Source: Chlamydiales bacterium (GTDB lineage: Bacteria; Chlamydiota; Chlamydiia; Chlamydiales; JAAKFR01). Taken from it: DNA of 32,000 nt. A program made the translations under genes and the position numbers. The notes below the pieces were generated by a model. That model saw only the letters and a list, made by a program, of their open reading frames with translations. It was not told the DNA's origin and made no database searches. The DNA lies in contig JAWLBH010000001.1 in the NCBI GenBank assembly GCA_041395025.1, positions 870,001 to 902,000 on the forward strand. Direction: 5' to 3'. Below are positions 10,464-19,505 of the stretch, piece after piece (position 1 is the first letter of the stretch; the number at the start of each line of letters is the position of its first letter).

Positions 10464-10886
10464 ATGGAAGAACGAACGCTTTCAATTATTAAGCCTGATG
10501 GAGTAAGTAAAAATTTAATAGGAAAGATTTTAGACCGTTTTGAAAAAGCAAAACTTAAAATTGTTGGGGTAAAAATGCTCCGTATGAGTAAGGCATTGGG
10601 AGAGCAATTTTATGCAATTCATAAAAATCGCCCATTTTATCAAGAGCTTGTGACATTTATTAGCTCAGGTCCTATTTTAGTTTCAGTTTTGCAAGGTGAA
10701 AATGCGATTATGAAAAATCGTGACATTATGGGTGCAACTGACCCCAAAAAGGCTTTAATCGGAACAATCCGTGCAGATTTTGCTGATTCAATTGAAAAAA
10801 ATATTGTCCATGGTTCTGATGGGATTGAGACTGCTGCTACTGAAATCGCTTTTTTCTTTAAACCAGAAGAAATTTATCCCTTCTAA
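10464..10886 (+). CDS. ndk: Nucleoside diphosphate kinase
   Basis: '[12 protein letters not shown]' and the active-site 'NIVHGSD' are present. Confidence 0.95.
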   Translation: MEERTLSIIKPDGVSKNLIGKILDRFEKAKLKIVGVKMLRMSKALGEQFYAIHKNRPFYQELVTFISSGPILVSVLQGENAIMKNRDIMGATDPKKALIGTIRADFADSIEKNIVHGSDGIETAATEIAFFFKPEEIYPF

Positions 10887-11341
10887 TAGATGAAAATTTG
10901 AATCGATTTGAATAAGTCAATTCCTATTCCTAAAATGCATTGTTCTCTTTGATGATGGAGTACTGAACTCCTAATTTTTTAGAAAGAAATTCCTCCATCT
11001 TTTGAAGACATTAGATGGTTATATGGAATTTATTAATTTGAAATTAGATTATTCCTCTTTACTACTGATCTTTTTAAAAAGAGAGCTTTGGATCGATTAA
11101 AACATAGCAGTTGAGCTTGATTAAGTAGGATTTTTTTACCTATCTGTCATACTATTTTATAGATTTTTAATCACCTAAGGATTAGGAATCTGCTTTTTTA
11201 AGAGAGCCCTATAATTCCATTTGTGTGTTTTGCCATTGGTTAGATAGCCTCTTTGCTATTCATGAATAAAACAAAGTTCATCATCTACTAAAATATGTAG
11301 TTTATGAGTGAAAAATTAGGGTCTTATCAATAAGATGATCG

Positions 11342-11926
11342 ATGATTATAATTGATAACTACGATTCATTTACTTATAACATTTTACAATGTTTTTATAT
11401 TCTTGGATATAAGTTTGATGTTGTTCGTAATAATCTTTTTTCCGTCGATCAAATATTAGATAGAAATCCACGTTTACTAGTTATTGGTCCTGGACCAGGA
11501 AATCCATTAGGAGCTGGGATATCCAAAAAACTGATTGAAATGTCTTCAGTCCCAGTCCTTGGGATTTGTTTAGGCCATCAAGCGATTGGAGAGGTATTTG
11601 GTGCTGAGGTAATTAGAGCTCCTCAGGTCATGCATGGTAAAACTTCATTGGTTTATCATGAAGGTGGAATTCTTTATCAAAATATTCCATCGCCCTTTGA
11701 AGCAACTCGTTATCATTCTTTAATCGTAAAAAATCTATCTAATAAGCTTGAATTAGAAGCATGGACAAGTTGTGGAGAAATTATGGGATTACGTCATAAG
11801 AAGAGGCCAATTTTTGGAATTCAGTTTCATCCAGAATCGATTGCAACAAAATATGGTTTAGAATTGCTAAAAAATTTTGTTGAAAAATTTGCTCCTCAAA
11901 AAGAGTCAATCAAGGAAATAGTGTAG
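11342..11926 (+). CDS. pabA: Class I glutamine amidotransferase, anthranilate/aminodeoxychorismate synthase component II type
   Basis: It has 'IIIDNYDSFTYN', the catalytic 'GICLGHQ' and 'QFHPES'. No trpE or pabB partner lies next to it. Confidence 0.85.
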   Translation: MIIIDNYDSFTYNILQCFYILGYKFDVVRNNLFSVDQILDRNPRLLVIGPGPGNPLGAGISKKLIEMSSVPVLGICLGHQAIGEVFGAEVIRAPQVMHGKTSLVYHEGGILYQNIPSPFEATRYHSLIVKNLSNKLELEAWTSCGEIMGLRHKKRPIFGIQFHPESIATKYGLELLKNFVEKFAPQKESIKEIV

Positions 11927-11970
11927 AGAAAAAGTCATGAAGATAGTTGAAAAAATTCAAGAAGAGGCAT

Positions 11971-12705
11971 TTACATTTTAAATGCTGAGCCAAAATATGT
12001 TAATTTTGCTTCTTGATTGTCGATAAGTTGATCGACTGTCCCAGAGAGGAAGACTTTCCCATGATCAATCAAATAACTACGATCGACTATTGAAAAGATT
12101 TCACGTGCATTATGATCAGTGATGAGGATACTAATTTTTTTCTTTGCAAGAAGGCGAATCATCTGCTGTACATCATAAATAGAAATGGGATCAATATTAG
12201 CAAATGGCTCATCAAGAAGAAGAAGAGAAGGATTGGTCACAAGTGCACGGGTGATTTCAAGGCGTCGACGTTCTCCTCCAGATAAGCTAAAAGCTTTTTG
12301 TTTTGCAAATTTTTCTAGTTGTAATTCATGCAGTAATTCTTCCAAGCGAGCGAATTTATTCTGTTTACTCATGGGTAAAATTTCGAGGATACAGAGAATA
12401 TTCTCTTCTACTGTCAAATTACGGAAGACAGAGGGTTCTTGAGCAAGATAGCCGATTCCCATTTTTGCACGTTTATGGATAGGTTTTTTTGTAATATCCA
12501 TCTCTTTAAAAAGAATCTTTCCTTTATCAGGAGCAATCAGACCCATAGCTATATAAAAAGCTGTTGTTTTGCCTGCTCCATTTGGTCCAAGAAGCCCCAC
12601 AATTTCACCTTCTTGAACAGATAAAGAGAGCTTTGAAAGGATGATACGGTCACCATACTTTTTCTCAAGATTGTCTAGTTGAAGAAGAGGTTTTTGATTT
12701 ACCAT
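11971..12705 (-). CDS. lptB: LPS export ABC transporter ATP-binding protein LptB
   Basis: It has Walker A 'GPNGAGKTT', the signature 'LSGGERRRLEITRAL', Walker B 'LLLDEPFANIDP' and an LptB-like 'YLAQEPSVFRNLTVEEN'. It lies downstream of an OstA-like gene. Confidence 0.9.
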   Translation of the reverse strand: MVNQKPLLQLDNLEKKYGDRIILSKLSLSVQEGEIVGLLGPNGAGKTTAFYIAMGLIAPDKGKILFKEMDITKKPIHKRAKMGIGYLAQEPSVFRNLTVEENILCILEILPMSKQNKFARLEELLHELQLEKFAKQKAFSLSGGERRRLEITRALVTNPSLLLLDEPFANIDPISIYDVQQMIRLLAKKKISILITDHNAREIFSIVDRSYLIDHGKVFLSGTVDQLIDNQEAKLTYFGSAFKM

Positions 12706-13397
12706 TTGAATTCCTCTTTGAGCTTTTTAAATTCTTCCTCTTGAAAGATAAAACGCACATCTCCCTCTCCTTGAATTGTATGTTTTCTTGTTTTGGGGTT
12801 TTGTAGAACATATAATCGAGGTGCTGAAATTTGAATTTTGTCTGCTTGATCAAAAAAAAGGACCTGTTGCTCATTATTTCCTTCAAGAATCATCAGCTCT
12901 TTATCAGGATAATACATGAGTGAATCAGCTAAGAGATATTGAGAATGATCTCTAAAAATGAGCTTCACATTGTTAATTAAATGAATTTTTCTTAGGCTAA
13001 TCGATTTTTCTATTTCAATGTAATCGACAAATGCCTCATCAGCTGATACTTCTCCTTTTTCATCAAAATAGGTCACTTTTGATGATCCTGTAAAATGACC
13101 TGTCATTTTTATACAGTCAATAAAAGCAAAATCACAATTTAAATGACTTCCATTAGGAAATAAAATTTTAATATCTTGAGTAATTTCAATCGAAGAAAAT
13201 TCAATTTTCCCTATTTTTTTTTTATCATACTTAAGTAGAGCTTTTTCTGTTGTAATTTTCCCCATCATATTTTCTACTGAGACCTGACCTATTAGAGTGA
13301 TTATATTCCCATCATAGTACATTTCGTTTGATTCAACGATGATTTCATGTGCCCAAAGATTGAGTGGAAGTAGTAAGATGATAAACCAGTTTTTCAT
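12699..13397 (-). CDS. lptA: Periplasmic OstA/LptA-like LPS transport protein (candidate)
   Basis: It has a signal peptide 'MKNWFIILLLPLNLWA|HE' and a beta-rich sequence. It sits immediately upstream of lptB and overlaps it by 7 nt. Confidence 0.55.
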   Translation of the reverse strand: MKNWFIILLLPLNLWAHEIIVESNEMYYDGNIITLIGQVSVENMMGKITTEKALLKYDKKKIGKIEFSSIEITQDIKILFPNGSHLNCDFAFIDCIKMTGHFTGSSKVTYFDEKGEVSADEAFVDYIEIEKSISLRKIHLINNVKLIFRDHSQYLLADSLMYYPDKELMILEGNNEQQVLFFDQADKIQISAPRLYVLQNPKTRKHTIQGEGDVRFIFQEEEFKKLKEEFKW

Positions 13398-13420
13398 ATT
13401 CCTTAGTGATTGAGCATAAT

Positions 13421-13999
13421 TTAATTAAATTTGGCTTTGAAGGAATAGGCAGAAAAACTAAGGTTTTCTTTGAAGCCAATTTCGACTGTATCGGCACTTC
13501 CTACTATGAGAGGCATTTCTTTTTCCAAAGACAATAATTCCCTATTCCCTGGAAGATCATAATCCCATACCTCTGCTTCTTTACAGAGGAGTATTTGTTT
13601 TTTATAATTAAAAAAAGCTTCTTTAGCTTCAATTCTTTGGACATGTTGAGAGAATTTTCCTTTTTCTTCATCAAAAGATTTTTCTTGAATCCAGCACGTC
13701 ACTCCATCGAGCTGTTCAGTGATCTCCAACCCATCTTCCTGATAAGAAAAGAGGAGTTTGGATAGATTACTTTTAATACGGATATAAAAAGATGAGTGAT
13801 TTTGGTACCATATTTCTTTTAAAATCCCCTTGCCCCTTTGTTCAAAATCGCGAGGTAATGATGGTGTGGATCTGCTTTTAGCTAAAAGTTGAAGATAGAT
13901 TTTTTGCTCTTTATTTGTGGTTTTAAGGATAAAAAAATCTATAAAAGCTATAGCTAATACAATAAAAAAGCTGAGGAGAATTAGGAATTTCTTACACAT
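13421..13999 (-). CDS. Membrane-anchored protein, candidate LptC
   Basis: It has a single N-terminal TM anchor 'FLILLSFFIVLAIAFIDFFIL' and is about 190 aa. It lies between kdsA and the lptA-like gene, the canonical lptC position. The assignment rests on context only. Confidence 0.45.
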   Translation of the reverse strand: MCKKFLILLSFFIVLAIAFIDFFILKTTNKEQKIYLQLLAKSRSTPSLPRDFEQRGKGILKEIWYQNHSSFYIRIKSNLSKLLFSYQEDGLEITEQLDGVTCWIQEKSFDEEKGKFSQHVQRIEAKEAFFNYKKQILLCKEAEVWDYDLPGNRELLSLEKEMPLIVGSADTVEIGFKENLSFSAYSFKAKFN

Positions 14000-14790
14000 A
14001 GTTGTGTGGCTTGAAAAATCCGTAACCAGTGGTCCAGCAGATCTGGAAGATCGGAAAAAGGAATCATTAAAGCGGAATCACTTTTAGCATCAACTGGATC
14101 AGGATGAGATTCTGCATAGATCCCGTTAGCACCAGCTGCTAGAGCTGCTGCTGAGAGAGTTGGGATGAATTCTCTCTCTCCTCCTGATGTCTGTCCAAGG
14201 CTCCCAGGAAGCTGAACAGAATGGGTGGCATCATAAATGATAGGATAACCTAATTTTTGCATGATTGGAATTCCACGTAAATCACTGACAAGATTATTAT
14301 AGCCAAAAGTTGTCCCACGTTCAGTAATCATAAGATGATGATTCCCTGTCGATGTAATTTTATTGACGACCTCTTTCATATCCCAAGGTGCCATAAATTG
14401 ACCCTTTTTTACATTAATCATTGCTCCTGTATTTGCAGCAGCTAATAATAAATCAGTCTGACGAGATAAAAAAGCTGGAATTTGAAGGATATCACAAACT
14501 TCCGCTGCTTTAGAGGCCTCTTCAGGAGAATGAATATCCGTGAGAATGGGAACATGAAATTCTTCACGGATTTTTTTAAGAATTTTTAGACCTTTTTCAA
14601 TCCCAGGTCCTCTAAATGAATTAATTGATGAGCGATTAGCTTTATCATAGCTTGCTTTAAAAATCAGCTGGATCTCTTTTGATCGAAAAAGATCAGTTAG
14701 AAACTCAGCACATTGCATTGTGTGTAACTCATTTTCAATGACACAAGGGCCACAAATCACGAAAAAGGAATCTAATGTAAATCCTGCCAT
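13981..14790 (-). CDS. kdsA: 3-deoxy-8-phosphooctulonate (KDO-8-P) synthase
   Basis: 'ICGPCVIE', 'KASYDKANRSS', 'LQIPAFLSRQTDLL', 'NVKKGQFMAP' and 'DATHSVQLPG' are all present. Confidence 0.95.
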   Translation of the reverse strand: MAGFTLDSFFVICGPCVIENELHTMQCAEFLTDLFRSKEIQLIFKASYDKANRSSINSFRGPGIEKGLKILKKIREEFHVPILTDIHSPEEASKAAEVCDILQIPAFLSRQTDLLLAAANTGAMINVKKGQFMAPWDMKEVVNKITSTGNHHLMITERGTTFGYNNLVSDLRGIPIMQKLGYPIIYDATHSVQLPGSLGQTSGGEREFIPTLSAAALAAGANGIYAESHPDPVDAKSDSALMIPFSDLPDLLDHWLRIFQATQLCVRNS

Positions 14791-15266
14791 ACTTTTACCT
14801 GTTCTTTATGAGGATTAGAAAAATTTTCCAATAATTTTTTTACATTTATACCTAAAGGAAGTATTTCTGTGAGATCGGTCAATGGGGCCAGAACAAAGAG
14901 TCGTTGATGCCATTTTGGGTGTGGTAAAATTAAGCGATCAGAGTAACATAGTTTTTCTCCAAAAAATAGCAAGTCTAAATCAATTAAACGAGGAGCATTT
15001 TTTGGCTTTTTCTTTTTTCCTAATTGTATTTCAATTTTTTGCATCTCTTTCCAAAGCTCTTCTAGGGCAAGGTCACAAGAAAAACGACAGACGACATTTA
15101 AATAGTCTGGTTGAGGGTGAATAGAGACAGCAGTCGTACGATAGAAAAGAGAGGAAGTGAAATCAAAAATGGCTTTATTGCTTTTTAGCTGTTGAATTGC
15201 TAATTGCATTGCTTTAGGAGTATCTAAAAAATTTCCTCCCATTCCAATATAACAATTTTTAGTCAT
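14772..15266 (-). CDS. folK: 2-amino-4-hydroxy-6-hydroxymethyldihydropteridine pyrophosphokinase (HPPK)
   Basis: It has 'CYIGMGGN', 'RLIDLDLLFFG' and 'LILPHPKWHQRLFVLAPL'. It is monofunctional in size at 164 aa. Confidence 0.88.
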   Translation of the reverse strand: MTKNCYIGMGGNFLDTPKAMQLAIQQLKSNKAIFDFTSSLFYRTTAVSIHPQPDYLNVVCRFSCDLALEELWKEMQKIEIQLGKKKKPKNAPRLIDLDLLFFGEKLCYSDRLILPHPKWHQRLFVLAPLTDLTEILPLGINVKKLLENFSNPHKEQVKVWQDLH

Positions 15267-15311
15267 CGATAAAAAACATTTTTTATTTGTTAATCAGATA
15301 CACTTTAAAAA

Positions 15312-15384
15312 CGGACCGAGCAGGATTTGAACCTGCGACCACCCGCTTAGAAGGCGGGTGCTCTATCCGCTGAGCTATCGGTCC
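15312..15384 (-). tRNA. tRNA-Arg (anticodon UCU)
   Basis: The reverse complement folds as a 73-nt cloverleaf. The acceptor stem is GGACCGA/TCGGTCC, the D stem GCTC/GAGC and the anticodon stem CCCGC/GCGGG with loop CT-TCT-AA. The T arm is GCAGG-TTCAAAT-CCTGC and the discriminator is G. CCA is not encoded. Confidence 0.95.
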
Positions 15385-15655
15385 AATAGTAAAAAAATCA
15401 GGATTTTAAGATGTTCTTTCAAAAAAGCTATTCAAAATTGCTTAACTACACGAGTTTCTGTTTGGTAGTTTTTTTCGATATTGTGAGTTAATTGTAAAAA
15501 TCCCTATTTTTTACTAACCTCTCCATCATTACCTGGCACAAAATCTGATAATGATAACAAAAAAGAAAGCACAATTCACGAAAAAAGAAAAAAACAATCC
15601 AATAAAACAATGAATCTTTCTTGAATTCTAGCTAGTTGCAATAAGATGAATGCGA

Positions 15656-15886
15656 CTATTCTACAAGTTCTAAGTTGACTCGAATCCCATTCCGGCTCGC
15701 AACGGATATTAATAGGGTTCTGATTGCATTAATCGTTTTCCCTTGTTTTCCGATAATCTTACCGATATCAGACTTTTTAACTAAAAGTTCCAAGATTAGA
15801 GTTTGGGTCCCTCCGATCTCATTAATCTTTACTTCATCTGGATAGTCAACCAAATTTTTCACAATATAAGCTACAAAGTCTTTCAT
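15656..15886 (-). CDS. KH-domain RNA-binding protein (UPF0109/YlqC-like)
   Basis: This 76-aa protein carries 'DIGKIIGKQGKTINAIRTLL', the KH GxxG loop. Its N-terminus 'FVAYIVKNLVDYPDEV' is typical of the family. Confidence 0.85.
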   Translation of the reverse strand: MKDFVAYIVKNLVDYPDEVKINEIGGTQTLILELLVKKSDIGKIIGKQGKTINAIRTLLISVASRNGIRVNLELVE

Positions 15887-16081
15887 ATATCTGAACCTAT
15901 AACCATCGATATTTCCGCTTGTAATTTCAATACTACTATAATTTGATTTTATCGAGCTACAGAAAGATTATCTTGTTGTTGATTTTGTATTTACAATATC
16001 AGAAACCCTTAAGAATCTAAAAGAAATGCATATCCAGTTGAATTTTTAATCAGGTAGATTTTTATTCATAACTCTTGGTAG

Positions 16082-17002
16082 CTAGATGATTAATGAGAGA
16101 TAAGAGGGGGAGATCAATTTAATAAATTTTTCCATGTCATGAGGAATAGGTGCTTTAAGATGGATCTCTTTTTGATGAATAGGATGGGTAAAAAAAATTT
16201 CATGAGCATGGAGCATTTGTCGATACACTTTGTTTTTTTGATTTATTGAAGAGATTCCGTAAATGGGATCTCCTAGAATTGGAGTTCCGACCATTTTTAA
16301 ATGTACACGAATCTGATGAGTACGTCCTGTCTGAGGCTGAAGACGGACAAGGCTGAAAAATGAGTTATAGGCGAGACTCTTACAATCTGTTAAGGCTTCA
16401 CGTCCTTTTTCTTGAAGAACAGCCATTTCTTTTCGTTTCACTGGGTGACGACCAATATTGCCTTTAATCAGGCGATTGCCTGGATTTCCAATGCAAATAG
16501 CAAGGTATTCTTTCTTGATTTGTCGATTTGCAAACATTTGAACAAGAAGCTGTTGCGTATAAGTATTTTTAGCAGCAATAAGAATTCCAGAAGTGTCTTT
16601 ATCAAGACGATGTACAATTCCAGGACGTAACCCTTGATCTTTAACGAGATTTTTGCAGTGATAAAGCAGTGCATGAACAAAAGTTCCTGACCAATTTCCC
16701 ACAGCAGGATGAACTACCATTCCTGCTGGTTTGTTAATTGCAATCAAGTGATCATCTTCAAAGAGGATTTCAAGAGGAATTGCCTCAGGTTCAATGCGAA
16801 TCTCGGGTGTTACGATAAATTCAATCTCAATTTCATCTCCTTCTTTAAGTTTAGCCCCTTTTTTTAAAATCAATCCATTTACGAGTATTAGATTCTGTTG
16901 AATCAGATATTGAAAATATTGACGAGAATACTGAGGGAACCGGATGGAAAGTAGCTTATCAAGGCGCAGCTTAGCTTCTGTTTCTTTCACATAAATCGTC
17001 AT
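16082..17002 (-). CDS. rluD: 23S rRNA pseudouridine synthase, RluA family (RluD-like)
   Basis: It has an N-terminal S4 domain ('RLDKLL') and the catalytic motif 'HRLDKDTSGILIAAK', followed by 'GRTHQIRVHL'. Confidence 0.9.
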   Translation of the reverse strand: MTIYVKETEAKLRLDKLLSIRFPQYSRQYFQYLIQQNLILVNGLILKKGAKLKEGDEIEIEFIVTPEIRIEPEAIPLEILFEDDHLIAINKPAGMVVHPAVGNWSGTFVHALLYHCKNLVKDQGLRPGIVHRLDKDTSGILIAAKNTYTQQLLVQMFANRQIKKEYLAICIGNPGNRLIKGNIGRHPVKRKEMAVLQEKGREALTDCKSLAYNSFFSLVRLQPQTGRTHQIRVHLKMVGTPILGDPIYGISSINQKNKVYRQMLHAHEIFFTHPIHQKEIHLKAPIPHDMEKFIKLISPSYLSLII

Positions 17003-17297
17003 TTATGCACATTAACATAGGAGGATTCTGAGAAAAAGGATATTGTGGAGCTAATCTTTTTAAAAGACTCAGGAGATGAATTTCAAGATCTTCGAGTTCG
17101 TTGATTGTCATGGCAGAAGGAACCAGTTTGCCTAAATAGCGTTGTTTATCATAGACAAGATCAATAAGATATTTTTCTCCTTTTGTGAAAAAGAAAAAAA
17201 GTTGAGGATGGCTTTTAGAAATGATTTCTTCAAATGAAGAATCAAGAGGAAACCCTAAAAAAAGTTGCACATTGAACATGAAACTTCTGTTACTCAT
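16971..17297 (-). CDS. Hypothetical protein (108 aa)
   Basis: This ORF is co-oriented inside the parE-parC...rluD gene string. I chose the ATG at 17297 (MSNRSFMFNVQLFLGF...) because it overlaps the upstream ORF stop by 8 nt. The 3' end overlaps the rluD start by 32 nt. I recognise no motif. Confidence 0.5.
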   Translation of the reverse strand: MSNRSFMFNVQLFLGFPLDSSFEEIISKSHPQLFFFFTKGEKYLIDLVYDKQRYLGKLVPSAMTINELEDLEIHLLSLLKRLAPQYPFSQNPPMLMCINDDLCERNRS

Positions 17298-17592
17298 TTT
17301 TCCGCATTTCTTTAGATGCTTTTTGGGCATGATCAGCAGATTGTCTGATTTGGGAAAAAATCTGCTGGGCAAATAGACTCATGAAATGGATATAGGATTT
17401 CATCCCTTCCTTTTCACCAAGACGATCAACTAAGACGTTTTTTAACTGATTTAAGTTAGAGACTGGGATATGGAATGCTTGTTCCATCGATTTATCTTGT
17501 AACTCCGATTTCATTCCATCCATATTTGAAGATGAAATTGGATGAATAGGCATTTGTGGCTCTCTTCGAATTCCGCTCATATCTTCATTCAT
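17290..17592 (-). CDS. Hypothetical protein (100 aa)
   Basis: Its ATG overlaps the parC stop in an ATGA, which suggests translational coupling. The N-terminal half looks disordered and the C-terminal part helical ('YIHFMSLFAQQIFSQIRQS'). Confidence 0.5.
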   Translation of the reverse strand: MNEDMSGIRREPQMPIHPISSSNMDGMKSELQDKSMEQAFHIPVSNLNQLKNVLVDRLGEKEGMKSYIHFMSLFAQQIFSQIRQSADHAQKASKEMRKNE

Positions 17593-19505
17593 ATTTCCTC
17601 GTTTCTATATATTTTAATTGATGTTAACTCTTTATCAGTGAGACGAATACCTTTTGTATTGACCCCTTTTATTTTGATCTCATCTAATACACATTTGACC
17701 TTAATAAGGCGATTGCGTCCTTTAGATTTATAAGTCAAAAGGAGGGTCATATCAGGAGAGGTAGTGAAAAATTCAATTTTCTCATCAGGATCTAAAAATC
17801 GATATTCTTTATCAAGGATAAACTGTTTAATAATAAAGCGCTTTACATAAGGATAATTTGTCTTGTTATTTCGATAAACAATACAAAAGTTAGTTTGTTT
17901 ATCAGCTTTTCCCATCCATAGAATAGGATTTTTTTGGGGATGAATGTACTGCTTTTCAGGGATATTGATGACCCGATAAGAGCCATCTTTAAATAAGATT
18001 AAAATTTTATCGAGAACATTGATTTCTAAAGGTTCAAGAGATGGGACTTTTGTTCCTATATATCCTGTATCAGGATTATAACCAATCTTGACTATCTGTT
18101 GAGTAATTTCTCGTTTACTAATCTGTTGGATTTTTTTGATTTGAGTGCGTCTAGGAAAAAGATTGCCATATTTTTCTAATAGGGCTTTAAGGTATCGGAT
18201 AGTATAGGTAGTGATGTTTTTCAGATCTTTTTCCACTCCAAAGCGCTTTTTTTCAAGATGATTTAATTCCTCTTGATTCTTATCAAGATTAAACCGAGAA
18301 ATCCGCCGAATCGGAATTGAAAGGAGTTTATCACGGTCTTCTTCTTTAGGAATCCGGGGCAATTGTGTGTAAAAAGGTCTTAAACTCTTTTCAATTGTTG
18401 TATCAATCTTATCGTAACTCACGATATTTTCAATTTGTTTGTAGAGTCGGTGGTGAATAAAGATTTGTTCTAAGGTTTTTTCAAAGATTTTTTCGAGAAG
18501 ACGATGGTTTTCAATTTCAAGTTCCTTTTTTAAGTATCCTTGGAGATTTTTGACATAGAGTTTTAAAATTTCATGAATACTTTCTTCCCAAGGATGTTGG
18601 TCTTTAATGCTAATTAACTGAGTGTTTACTGAGACTTCACAGTCAGTAAATGCATAGAGCTGATCGATCATTTGATTTGCATACTGGTTACGGGGAAGTT
18701 TAATTTCGATTTCAATCTTTTCTGCTGTGTAATCATTGATTGAATCGATTTTGATCTTACCTCTCTTAGCCGCTTCATCAATAGAACGGATCACTGATTC
18801 GGTTGTGGTTCCATAGCAAATCTCTTTGATAATAAGCGTTTTTTCATCTGGGCTTATGATTTTTGCTCTCAATTTAATTTTTCCACGTCCTTCATCATAT
18901 TCTGAAGGATCCATAATCCCACCTGAATGAAAATCAGGGTAGAGCTCGAAGGGTTTATCTCTCAGAATTGAGATTTCAGCTTCAATTAGTTCTCTGAAAT
19001 TATGAGGAAGAATTTTTGTTGACATCCCCACGGCAATTCCTTCTGCTCCTTGCATGAGCAAAAGAGGAATTTTAGCAGGCAAGAAGGTCGGTTCTTGAGT
19101 ACGTCCATCATAAGAAGGAGTGAATAGAGTCAGCGCTGGATTAAAAAGCGTTTCTCTTGCCATCTGACTCAGTTTTGCTTCAATATAGCGAGGTGCTGCT
19201 GAAGGGTCTCCGGTTAACGGGTTTCCAAAATTCCCTTGTGTTTCAATGAGGTAACCTTTATTGGCCAGGTTTACAAGGGCATCAACAATTGGCCCATCTC
19301 CATGTGGGTGAAGCGCCATGGTTTGGCCTACGATATTAGCCACTTTGTGAAACTTATCATCATCCATTTGATAAAGCATCCATAAAATACGACGTTGGAC
19401 AGGCTTTAGACCATCAATTACATGAGGGATTGCTCTATCAAGAATTACATAAGAAGCATATTGGAGATAATTTGTTTTGAAAAGGTGTTGAATATCCTCC
19501 ATCAT
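17589..19505 (-). CDS. parC: Type IIA topoisomerase subunit A (ParC / 'GyrA_2'-type)
   Basis: It has 'DGLKPVQRRILW', the active-site region 'AAPRYIEAKL' and 'LLLMQGAEGIAVGMSTKILPHN'. At 638 aa it is shorter than GyrA and has a reduced C-terminal domain. Confidence 0.88.
   Translation of the reverse strand: MMEDIQHLFKTNYLQYASYVILDRAIPHVIDGLKPVQRRILWMLYQMDDDKFHKVANIVGQTMALHPHGDGPIVDALVNLANKGYLIETQGNFGNPLTGDPSAAPRYIEAKLSQMARETLFNPALTLFTPSYDGRTQEPTFLPAKIPLLLMQGAEGIAVGMSTKILPHNFRELIEAEISILRDKPFELYPDFHSGGIMDPSEYDEGRGKIKLRAKIISPDEKTLIIKEICYGTTTESVIRSIDEAAKRGKIKIDSINDYTAEKIEIEIKLPRNQYANQMIDQLYAFTDCEVSVNTQLISIKDQHPWEESIHEILKLYVKNLQGYLKKELEIENHRLLEKIFEKTLEQIFIHHRLYKQIENIVSYDKIDTTIEKSLRPFYTQLPRIPKEEDRDKLLSIPIRRISRFNLDKNQEELNHLEKKRFGVEKDLKNITTYTIRYLKALLEKYGNLFPRRTQIKKIQQISKREITQQIVKIGYNPDTGYIGTKVPSLEPLEINVLDKILILFKDGSYRVINIPEKQYIHPQKNPILWMGKADKQTNFCIVYRNNKTNYPYVKRFIIKQFILDKEYRFLDPDEKIEFFTTSPDMTLLLTYKSKGRNRLIKVKCVLDEIKIKGVNTKGIRLTDKELTSIKIYRNEEI

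Noticed and set aside
15267-15655. tRNA-Arg as an integration hotspot for a genomic island
   Set aside because: No integrase, direct repeat of the tRNA 3' end, or foreign-looking genes flank it. The neighbours are folK/kdsA and a KH-domain gene. The 270-nt spacer upstream of the tRNA has no ORF or structure that I could support.
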